A DNA stretch of 63,380 bases, the filler included, from Phoronis australis (taxonomy: Eukaryota > Animalia > Phoronida), in NCBI GenBank assembly GCA_002633005.1. It is 5 parts of 5 records of this genome, joined end to end, with 100 filler letters (N's around TTAATTAATTAA, not from the genome) between each part and the next. Parts side by side here need not be neighbours in the genome. Positions count along the whole stretch, not along the records: positions 37,080 to 54,368 come from NMRA01000911.1; positions 54,469 to 60,531 come from NMRA01001278.1; positions 60,632 to 63,380 come from NMRA01003447.1; 2 more parts are not named here. One strand, 5' to 3'. A program made the position numbers and the translations under genes. Shown one piece after another: positions 52,964-63,380 of this stretch. The notes under the pieces were generated by a model. That model saw only the letters and a list, made by a program, of their open reading frames with translations. It was not told where the DNA came from and did not search any database. Position 1 is the stretch's first letter; every line of letters begins with the position of its first letter.

Positions 52964-53116
52964 CGTTCAGTAACGCTAGGACCTCGCTAAAAAGGAAGAC
53001 TTCGCGAGATTACGTGAGATATTGCCGTGTATTTTAAATGAGAACATGTGAGTTTGACTAGGTATTCTCTAGGTATTAGCGTAGGTCCTAGCGTAGGTCC
53101 TAGCGTCTACTGAACG
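52964..53116. mobile_element. Small MITE-like inverted-repeat element
   Basis: CGTTCAGTAACGCTAGGACCTCGCTA mirrors TAGCGTAGGTCCTAGCGTCTACTGAACG, with repeated TAGCGTAGGTCC subterminal units. Confidence 0.6.
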
Positions 53117-54368
53117 AACGCCTGCTCTGGCTGAAGGCTGGTGCATAAAAACAGGAAGTAAATTAAAACGTGATCTGAAATAGCAGATTGAGGGAGGGCT
53201 GTCATTGTAACGAGCGAGCTACAATAACCCTGTTCTACTGAACTTGGGGACGGAGTGCGTTAACACAAGTTGGCCTAATGATGGCATCGACGCTTTTCTT
53301 TTTAATTATTTTAAAATCTCGCTATTTCGACTAAGTTATCTCAGGATCTCGAGATTCCGACTTAATTATATCAGGACCTAAAGGTATTTAAGAAAGAAAC
53401 GCGAGTTATCATCTTCGAGCCACCGTATTGCTGCGAAGGCACCACACAGTTTCACATTTTATTATTTGGTTTCTGTCGTTTACTTGTTTACAATATACTA
53501 CATCTAAGTTTGAGACGTTTTCTTACCTAACACGTTTTTTTTTTTGTACAAACTGTAATTGCTGAAGAGACTACATATCCGTGGCTAGGAGCTATTGGTA
53601 CGATGATAAGACTGAAGGCTGATTCGCGTTAATCACTTGATTAATGTTGACTGTACGTTCAAAAGTCTACTCAAAACAAAACGTCCGACGTATTATACTG
53701 TCTGTTCTATGCCCCAACCAGTGGTGCAAACACTTATCTTGTGATGAACATCTGAGACTGTTCCAGCAACTGTTAAACTCGTTGATTCAGATACCTGCCG
53801 TCTTTATAGATTTTGATTTTGTTCACTGTGACTCGACTTCACGTTCAGCTAAACTCAACTGACTGGTCATCTATACCTGGGTATTTATAGTCACTTACAA
53901 TGTTCTGGACATTTTCATCATATCAGACACATTCTAGATCTTTCCAGAATTTGGGAGCGTGTACGTGTGACGTGTGCGCCATCTCCAGGACGTTACCAAC
54001 GGTAGCGGCACTCGTGTCTGTCCCTGCAGAGGTAGGACGTGTAGAACGCAAGGTATCTAGGTGAGTTATGCATAACTCTTAAATTTACCTGTTTTAGTTG
54101 AAATATTTTGTCTTTCTCAATTGTTTAAAGCACGCGTGTTGCACTGTGGATATTTGAATACGGATAGTGTTGCATATGTGCCTAAAATTGGAGGTGATGC
54201 CGGTAAATAGCACACGGGAAAGACTTTCTTTGTCGAGACTGGACAGTGAATGGTTTTGTCTGGGGCACTTTCTGTTTTGTTTTGTTTTGTTTTGTTTTGC
54301 TTTGCTCCGCGATCCTTAACATTTTAGTTCATAATATTAATGGAGAGAGAGGGGGGAGGGAGGGAGGG

Positions 54369-54468
54369 NNNNNNNNNNNNNNNNNNNNNNNNNNNNNNNN
54401 NNNNNNNNNNNNTTAATTAATTAANNNNNNNNNNNNNNNNNNNNNNNNNNNNNNNNNNNNNNNNNNNN
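54369..54468. other. Artificial contig spacer
   Basis: 44 N + TTAATTAATTAA + 44 N. Confidence 0.95.
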
Positions 54469-57400
54469 CTTCCTGTGGGCAAGCCTCTAACTGCCCTCTT
54501 GTGTTCAAGTCTGTGTTTACCGGTCCAATACCGGCGAGCCGCTAAGGGAAAGTTCACTGGGTTAGTGTCGTGGGGACGGTACTGGGCCATTCGTGGCCCA
54601 GAAACGTAAACCGGTATACGGTACAAGCGTTATCAAGCAACAGAAATCCAGTACTGGGCCAATACTCTCATGTTTACTGGGGAGTGGTATCACATGATGT
54701 ACACTTACATCGGACATGTCATTGGTAATTTCCCCCTTGTAGATGGGTGTGCATTGATCGGTTGGCTCGCCAGGGTTTGTAGGTCTACGTCCACCTTCCT
54801 TGGCCACAGCTTGTGATGACGCAAGTCGCCGATGTGTAAAAAGTTGGCTTGCTCGCCTCCCAAACTGAACAACGGGTCGGCAGTGGTTCATCTTGCGGGT
54901 AATTAAGTCAGGCCGTAATACTACAAACATGCACAGGTAACCCGTCCAAGTGAAAGGTGAAAACTGCAACTGAATGCTATTAAACACTTGCACAGCGAAT
55001 CATCCGTGAGGTACGCTGGTCACTGCTGGCGATCACTCCTGATCGGTTTGTGTTTACGTTCAGTGCCTGTCACGTGACTAACGAACACAAACCAGTTCGA
55101 ACTGGACACGATAGGGGTGACTTATCATGTGTGAATTATTGTCACAGAGCTCACGGTGAAGCTAAGGACAAGGCTAAATTTTCCGGATGGTCGGACACAG
55201 GTGGAAATTGAGTGGACTCAAGCATTATAAAACTGTCGCTCGATAGTTATCTGGCGTTTGTGAAAAGGCGATCGAGTTCCACCATGACGGCCGCTAGGCG
55301 GGTACCCAAGAAACACCCTGTCACTTTAGTAGGCTAGCAGGGCCTTAATTACAACCCGATTCGTTCTTTAAAGACCCTACATAACGGCCAAATGACTTTT
55401 GAACATGTTAAATATCTGTATCATTGATCGAAACAAACATATCATCCCTCCCTTTACTCATGGCATTAGCTAATTACGCCAATTACTATCGTACGACCCC
55501 ATCATGAACCCCATTTAGCGCCGAAAAAAAACTTTAGGTGGCGCTCGTTCTAATCGACGCAAATGACGTCATCGTTGAGACCCAATACCTATCGAACAGT
55601 CCGTTGCCACAGGAAGCTTAACTTACGGTGTCTGGTGCATATTTCAAGTCACAGATTTTCAAAATTACAACTGTTAGAGACAACCAAGCTCAAATACTAT
55701 ACGACACTTATTTCGACACTTCCACGTGCATATAATATCCTACAACTCACTGTCCCTTGATAGTTTAGCGTCGCCAAAGACAGTAGCGCGTTCTCGGTGG
55801 GGACCACTTACTCAGTCTAACATCAAATACTTATTCACAAAGACGTCCGGGTTTAACGAACAGATTTAACAAACAGGGTCCCTGCGTGCATTGGGGGACA
55901 GGTTTGCAATGAATGGAGATTTGTCGGACCCACGGCGACATCCTGGCGGAATGCGTGTACCGGAGAATTAAATTTGTTTGTAGTCGCTCCGTGATAATTA
56001 CGGGATTATGTCGGGGAGTAAGTCGGCGTTACACATCTTAACGAAGCGAAAAGCTCACTCGCAGCACGATGAAAAAGAATGACCCGAGACTTTTCGCACT
56101 TGGGTTAGAAAAGTAAAGGCCTAATACCTTGCAATGGACGGACGTTCAATGAAAAGTACTGCGAAATGGAAGATTAAGAAAATGTAGGAACAACGTTTGG
56201 ATGGATTAGCGCCGTGTATGTTCAAGCCAGAGGAATACGAGTAAAGTGAAACAGAAGGGGAAACTTACCGGCCAATTGTCACGGAACTCGCTACGGACCG
56301 TCATTTGAAGACAAAGGCATTTTACACAAGGCATACGAAACTTAACCCGTAACCGACGCAGCTATCTGCACGCCGATTAGTGAGACCTGCAGGAAAATCT
56401 AAGTGCGATTGAGGTGGAAACAAAATATTGAGCACAAAGGACAAAGTTAGCGCTGCGAATAGGTTGTCATATTTAAACTAGTGTTCGATTTGAAAGACCA
56501 ATTGCACAAGGCATTTTATACTTTGAAGTCAGGGAAATACGCCGTTCCCGTCATAGCACAACCCATCGACATGCTGACTGCACACTTTTTTCAGTGCGTG
56601 CCTCCAAAGTGTACCCAAAGCCGTATTGCCTGACGTTCACGTGCGGGGTTTATAAGTGCACCCTTTCCCGGCCGATGTTAGATTTCAAAGAATGTGCCAC
56701 AAAACTCAAGTTGAATCAGCGCTCATCTTATGGTCACGTGCATTCGAGTATATGCAACACCCAAGCACTTAATCGAGCCAAGCCAGTGCAATATTTTATT
56801 TAGAACGGCCGCCGTACTCTTTTGATGTGCGACTTGGGAGGTGTGCACCTCTACGTTCTCACCGCTGGAGTACGTGATACATTGGCTGCAACACGTGAGT
56901 GACAGATGACTCATATATATGTCGCGCGTGCTGTCCCAGAAAAGAGGGCTTGAGAATTTGTTGTCGACTTACTTTCATTCTGATGCAAGACAAGTTGTGA
57001 CCGTCGTTTGGCAAGTAACAGCCAAGGGTTGTCATCTTTACGTTTGTTTTTTTGCGATAAAAAAGAGACGTAGGCTACATTCACCCACACCGTTAATTGA
57101 CGACATTTCTGAGCCACGATCGCATAAAATGGTACCGACCATGTCGCGGTGATTTATTGCCGAGGATATTGTTAGTGGATAATCAAGACATCTTACGTGA
57201 AAAATAAGTATTTTTTCCACCACAGAGTTCGGTAAGTTTGCCGTTGTCAGATTCAGTACGAAACGTAGCTGTTGTAGGACCTTTTACGTGGGTGCAAATA
57301 CTTCGAAAATTGGTTCGTCGTGGGTCGTGAGTGAATCGATGGCAGACCCTATCCGAGATCTACGCCGCTGTTCGGTTCGAAGGGTGCTTTGCCTGACACC

Positions 57401-57779
57401 ATTGTTTTGCTTAGTAATATTGCATTATCAGTCGACATTGATGCCTAACGTCGGCGATGTTTCTAATTGGTGACGTTCCTTGAGCAAAACTACTTTGTTT
57501 TTTACTGTCCCAGCAGCCGATCAGGTGCTCACTACAGGTTGTGGTTAGCGCGGTAATGTGTTGCTCGTTCTCAACGATGATGTCAATAGGCCATTCTACT
57601 GTGATTCGTCGAGAGAATAAAAGGGGTTTCTGATGGGGGCACATAATATGGGGTGCACAAAATGCGTAGTAATTAGTTAGTGGTTGTGTGGAATAAAACG
57701 AAACAAAGATGTGTTGCACAAAAGTGCATGTATTTAACATATCTAAAAGGCAGTTGGCTCATTTTATAGGGACTTTAAG

Positions 57780-57931
57780 CAGTGGACGGCGCACCATAGG
57801 AGGCTGGGGGGCTATAACCCCCACTTTTACCAGTGCACCACCCGGCCCGGCCTTCGTCAATCAGTGTCAGTGGGCGGTGCAAGTTATGCACTATAGCTAG
57901 CGGGGGGGGGGGGCTGGGGTGCGCCGCCCAT
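57780..57931. mobile_element. GC-rich MITE
   Basis: Inverted ends CAGTGGACGGCGCACC ... GGTGCGCCGCCCATG; related to 9016-9085. Confidence 0.5.
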
Positions 57932-59611
57932 GCGTTAGGCTACTTAATTAATTAGATATGAGTAGCTAAACTTAACTTGGGCTGTTACATTTTTATGGCA
58001 TGTATCACCGTGGTGGCTGGTGCCGGTACCGCCAGACTCTGTGAGTCGAATCCTCGATCCGTACACTATGCGTTTTTTCCGAATCACCGAAATGTTGTAC
58101 GCGACACGAACCGTAATTCGGCCGATTTCTCGTAGATGATTTTGTTTGCCGCGCACTGAGGGCAAAATCACGGACATTGTCTCTATGTTTGCCCATTATA
58201 ACTATCTGAATAACCCCGTCTGCAAATTTCAGATAGGTGGAGTAATTAGCTCAATATTTTTGCCTGGAGGAAAAAAGAAGTTAACTTGGATCAAACGGCA
58301 CCAAAGGTACAATTATATATGAAGTTGTATAAATTTAGATGAATGCCTGATTCTTCACAACTGCGAGGGATCCATATTCTAAAATCCTCTTGTCTTTATC
58401 GGGTACCAGTCTTTTGAATCAGTTGCAACAATTTCCCTGACGGTTTAACTTTAGTCATTTGTATAATGTCTACCTGTCTGGTTCTTTTCCTTTATATCAC
58501 GTTACGTAACGTTTACACACTCTATTAATTGACGTTACACTAAATTGGTTGACTAAATGGTTAATTAAGGAGCTAATTAGTACATGGAAGGTTTTATCAT
58601 TACACTGTTTTTTGGCATATTCATAACACTTTTTGTTTTTAGAACTAATACAAGTATTTTAAACCTGTCAGGCATACACATAGGTATATATACATCGATA
58701 TCTAATTCTCAATTGCAAAATTCTACAAAATAATGAATAGCCAACAAGAATGTCAACGGAGTTCAAGTACAGAATGGGGCGCGTCAACCAAAACGTTTTA
58801 ACTAAGGTTGTTTTTTAACATTTAATTAGAACACTATGATGGACTTCTGTTACTCTGTACCCAGTCTCCACTAACTTTGGCAATCTAGAGAGCAAAACTT
58901 GAGATTTAACCATAAAATTTTGAGGTATGCGGTAAAGTTTTCTTAAATTCCAAAAAGGAATTCCTAGCTAAAATTATCATTTTATATATTTCAAACGCTT
59001 ACTGTACAGAAAAAAAATGTTCAGAATTCCATCTTGTGTTTGTTGATGACCTTGGTACTATTTGAATTTGTCAAATAATCGAGTAACTTGAAAATTGTCA
59101 ATGTTTATTCCTGCTTGTGAAAATTTTTATTAAATAAAAGTTTATTTATATTTCCGCGTCGCTTTTTTGTAATTCAAAGAAAATTCAATGGTATCGTGAA
59201 AAAAAATCCGTTACAACACTGCATATGTGCATAGCAAGCTTACAATAGAAATCTCATCCCATGCGTGTAGCTCGACGTCGCGCTACGTCACTGCGATGAT
59301 TGTCATTGACAAGTTTAGGCAGAGACGCAGTGGGGATGCCGCTTTTGTCTGTGCACGTTTATGAGGTAAGCCTAACGAAGTATCACTGAAAGGTGAAACG
59401 ATGGCCGGTTTTGGAACTACCGTTAGTCGCTTTCCACTGAGCTATATGTATTGTGATGATGGAGATATTATAAACCACACGATATCGCCACCACGAGTCT
59501 AACCTCCGCCATCCTCCTCAATCGTCAACCAAGAACACTAACGTGTACTCATTGAATTATGCCTCGATCAACCAAGATTGATAACAGAAAATAACAATAG
59601 CAAGCAAGATT

Positions 59612-59862
59612 AAAGGCTTGGAATGACCGATGACTAAGAGGAAAATTTCCGAGGTGATGCATCCTCCACAAATAAATAGGGTTATCTGAAATAAATACTT
59701 TTTGTGAGGTAAAATTTAACTACAAGAAACTTCTTTAAATGAATGAAGTCAAAAAGATGATAGAAAGAAAAGAAAAAATAGGAAATTGAAAATTGAATAA
59801 CTAGGAAATCAAAACCAAAATTAAAGAAAAAACCTCTTAAAAGAGGAAAATTCCAAGCCTTG
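59612..59862. mobile_element. 251-bp hAT-like MITE with 6-bp TSD
   Basis: AAAGGCTTGGAATGACC ... GGAAAATTCCAAGCCTTG, flanked by AAGATT on both sides (59606-59611, 59863-59868). The ends match those of 21333-22880. Confidence 0.75.
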
Positions 59863-60531
59863 AAGATTTGAACTATGCCCTGTTGTGCCACCTGGTGGTC
59901 AAAAGCCTCATTTGATGTGATTTTTCATTTTTGCACTCTTCACACCCTTGTGTTTATAAAACATAACTTGTTCCCTTGCCTTTCAGTACAGTGATTATGT
60001 CGCTGTTTGCCCTTTAAAGGTACATTAATATCACTTATGATATTTTTATTCCAACTGTCTGAGAGTAAACAAATTACAACTTGGCACAGATGAATACTTA
60101 GGCACCCATATTTAGTTCAGGTAGCATTTTATTTCAGCAACACCAATCCGTAAGCACAGGGGTTGAATACACAACACACAAGTACATGCAAGTCCAGACA
60201 CATACAGCGCCATCTATAAACAACTCAAAACATAGCATTGCTGTTTTGCGGGTGAAAGAACTCTCTGTCACAAACGTTCATCTAAGTTGAACATGAGGAT
60301 TCTATTCTTCCAAGTTATGTCTGTGTGTTTTAATACAGAAACACAGTCTCAAAAACATTAGAAGCAGTCACGCCCAGGCATCGACCTCCTGGTAACAAAA
60401 GAATCCACAGGAAACTGTGTCCAACTCCAACTAAGAACACAAACATGTATTTTGACCTGAAAAATAATAACATAAAACAACATAAAGCTATGGCAATGAT
60501 CAATTACAACAAGAAATGATTCTCTGCTTCA

Positions 60532-60631
60532 NNNNNNNNNNNNNNNNNNNNNNNNNNNNNNNNNNNNNNNNNNNNTTAATTAATTAANNNNNNNNNNNNN
60601 NNNNNNNNNNNNNNNNNNNNNNNNNNNNNNN
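60532..60631. other. Artificial contig spacer
   Basis: 44 N + TTAATTAATTAA + 44 N. Confidence 0.95.
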
Positions 60632-60963
60632 TTTATTTGAAGCACAATTCAAGAAGTAAGAGATCAAGTTTCTACAAAAAATGGGAAAATGCAATCTAAA
60701 ACTTTGTTTTCTGGCTTTTGACAAAACTGATATGTGATTATGCTGTTAAACTGTAGTTATCTACTTTGAAATTAGGGATTCACTTGTACAAGAACGGGCA
60801 AGTACCCAGCTCACTAGTGCATTTGGTATTAAATAAGTGAGTTCCAGAGAAGCATGTTTGGCAGTGACAGAGTTTAACACTTGCTGTCTCCAGTTACAGG
60901 ATATCTGTATAACTTTTTGTGTTTAAGTGTTGAATTGAAAAGATTACATTATTTTCTTGACAG

Positions 60964-63258
60964 GGGAACTTTTGAAAGGGTTTTTCAAATTCTACGCTAC
61001 GTTTGACTTCCGCCATCTTGCAGTATGTATTCTAACTGGCCAAACAACATCCACGGCGAACCTGGCTCGGCATCAAAGTGCATTTGCAGTAGGTTCATTT
61101 GCTTTGAATTCTCGATTCGTTAATTCACAGTATTTCAATCGTAAAACTACCCTTACTAGTAGACAGAGGGCGTGTTTCTCGAAGAGTCGAAAGTTGATTT
61201 TGTTTTTTTTTTTTTTTTTTGACTTGCTGTTAGTCTGCTCCGAAGCAGGCTTGGAATTATGGTCAAATTTTCTGACATTTACATGTAGCCTAAACCTGAT
61301 TTGGTGAAACGGGGTAAGCCATTTGTAATTGTTTTTTTTTACAGAAAAACTGTAGATTCGTAATTTAGATCACACGTCACTGTGAAGATGGTGCTGCATT
61401 TATTGTAAGAGCGGGATGTTGCTTCTGACGTAAACGCATCCATGGTTCACGTTCAAGTTAAAAGACCACCTTCATATACTGCGTGCTTAATGAACTGCTT
61501 GCCAATGGTTATTGAACACACGATCCTCTTAGCTATGACAGGATTTTGGCCTTTTATAAAACAGGCCATAGCAGCCTTGGCAACTTTAATTGAACAAAAG
61601 AGTTACAAGATTTCTGGTTATTCATCAAAAATTCCATAAACTGTTGGTGTACTTACTTCGAGCTGGATAATAACATTGATTTCACTTTATTGCATGCCTC
61701 ATTGTGACTGGTGAACAATTGATCTAATGCAGTGTCATACAACATTGACATATCCCTAGATACATTCAAACCAACCAGAATGTGTTGTAATGTCTGACGC
61801 ACATACAGTACAAGACAACAGTAATCAGACAATATCGTTTTCCAATAATGATGACTAATTCTGCTAACAGCTAAAATTCCAAGTACTATTCTTCTTCATT
61901 CTCAGACATGAAGGAAGAGTGCACTGACGATGAATTAGGCTTCCTTGTAGCTGTCATGAACGGGTCATTTTGTCTGAATACATTTACCTTTTATAGTGGT
62001 CGCTAACAGCCTCAGTTGAAAACTGAGTTTGTTGAGAGTACATTTTCTGAAGATTGTTTCTGTGTTTATGGGACGACTAATGCGCGGTATTATGATTTTA
62101 CATCTGTTGTTACAGGTTGGGCCACTTAATGTCCAAGATCCGTTTGTTCTGTCCCACAACACTACATCAAACATCAATGAAAAGATGGCTTGTGCCATCA
62201 CTTGTGCCATGACTTCTGCCCACCAGCTGTGCAGCCAAAAGAACTTCAACATTCCCAGTGAACAAAGCTGGGGGCTAGTAGCACTTCTTGAAGAGCCTGA
62301 TCCCACAGCTGCAGCTGAGCAGATGTACAGAAGCCGGCCACCTCTGCCATCTGATAACCATCAGTACATACTGTCTGTGCACATGAAGTCGGATGTACTG
62401 TATCAGGACTCTTACAAGAACCTCGATGGAGCTGATATCAAGGAGCACTGGTGTGAAAAGGCCGCCCACTTTCTCCAAGAGTGTTTTGAAGAGGTCATGT
62501 GTTTTGTGATGGAAGACGTTCATGTTCCTCAGCCAAATGTGCTCAAACGTCAGAATTCGGGAAGTTATTGTCCAACAGCAAACAAATGTCAAAAGACTCA
62601 CCACAAAGCTGCTGGCAGTTATGATTTACACAATGTCAAAGTCACTGATGGCTCCTCTGTTTATGAGTACAGTCTACCTAGTTCACCTGATTCCTCACAC
62701 CCTGTTGCTCCATGTACTTCAGTACCTGTCGACTGTCTGCCAGGATGCTCGACTGAAGTAGTTACTTCACAGTCTGGTAAGCCGTTAGAAGATAACCATG
62801 TTAATACAGACAAAACATCTGATAAAAAATGCAGCGATGATACTGAACATAAGTCTTTTTCAACCAAGGACGTTGACAACGATGTTGGGGAACTAAAGCC
62901 CAGTAAATTTTCCGTGGAAGATGCCAATCCTGTTCTGGTCAAGAACTTTAATTGCTGCGCCATGAAACGAACCTGGGTAGGTCGCAAGAACGTTCAACAG
63001 GCATTACCTCCAGAGTTGAAGAACTGCGGTACATTGTCTCTTCAGAAAGAAATCTCCAAGAGGATAATCTCTCCGGGTGGTAGTCACATAGACTGCTGTG
63101 TCAAGTTTCAGATGCAAACGTTCAAGGTGATCTCCAAAGACGACGCGCTGATTGAGCTCAAGTTTCAGCCAATCACAGCCCAGAAGGAGTTCACGTGTAT
63201 GTTCCCGTTTCTCCGCTCGTTCTTGCCGAAATTAGTTGATCAGTATTTGACAGTTTAA
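60964..63258 (+). CDS. TUT1: TUT1 / Star-PAP-like terminal uridylyltransferase, last two exons (60964-61088, 62116-63258)
   Basis: ELLKGFFKFYATFDF...AFA|VGPLNVQDPFVLSHNTT...SWGLVALLE matches the PAP-associated domain and the recalled TUT1 motifs GPLNLQDPFDLSHNV and WGLLPLL. A long terminal exon with W-x-G-R fits the KA1-like C-terminus. Splice phases agree (GCA|GTAGGT, TTACAG|GTT). Confidence 0.85.
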
Positions 63259-63380
63259 AGTGAAGATTTCAGGTGCACGTCCCAAACTATGATCGCTTTG
63301 TGTTCCAGTGGTGAGTCTTGTCTTGATTTCGTTTTTGGTTTTTCAAAAAAAAAATTTCTGAAATAAGCTGAGAGAGTACT

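Noticed and set aside
53645-54080. Solo LTR (TG start, reverse TATA at ~53881)
   Set aside because: No matching CA end with a TSD, no PBS/PPT and no second copy could be identified.
62029-62115. N-terminal part of the 409-aa ORF
   Set aside because: It is intronic; coding starts at the acceptor TTACAG|GTT at 62116.

Overview
This is eukaryotic, AT-rich, intron- and transposon-rich DNA, probably from a marine invertebrate (inferred from the gene and repeat families, not provable here). It is not one locus. Four artificial 100-nt spacers (44 N + TTAATTAATTAA + 44 N) join five segments: 1-15301, 15402-36979, 37080-54368, 54469-60531 and 60632-63380. Gene neighbourhoods across spacers therefore cannot be trusted. 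Most ORFs in the supplied track are spurious; the real genes are spliced and were rebuilt by hand from GT-AG exons. Segment 1 (- strand) holds the terminal exon of an ShKT-domain protein and the 5' exons of a probable astacin-like secreted preproprotease. Segment 2 (- strand) holds three TSC2/tuberin exons, one with a 5' splice site quadruplicated by a perfect 28-bp tandem repeat, among decayed LINE, SINE, Kolobok/THAP, hAT-like and Helentron-like elements. Segment 3 (+) holds seven exons of a GAPR-1/GLIPR2-like gene with at least two tandem CAP domains joined by a Lys/Asp-rich, poly-Ser, Thr-rich linker. Segment 4 has no confident gene. Segment 5 (+) holds the last two exons of TUT1/Star-PAP. 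No prokaryote-type system (CRISPR, operon) is present, and no wholly new system could be demonstrated. The best leads are the TSC2 donor array, the tandem-CAP architecture and a DNA-transposon family with 6-bp target-site duplications. Homology calls rest on recalled family motifs; no searches were run.
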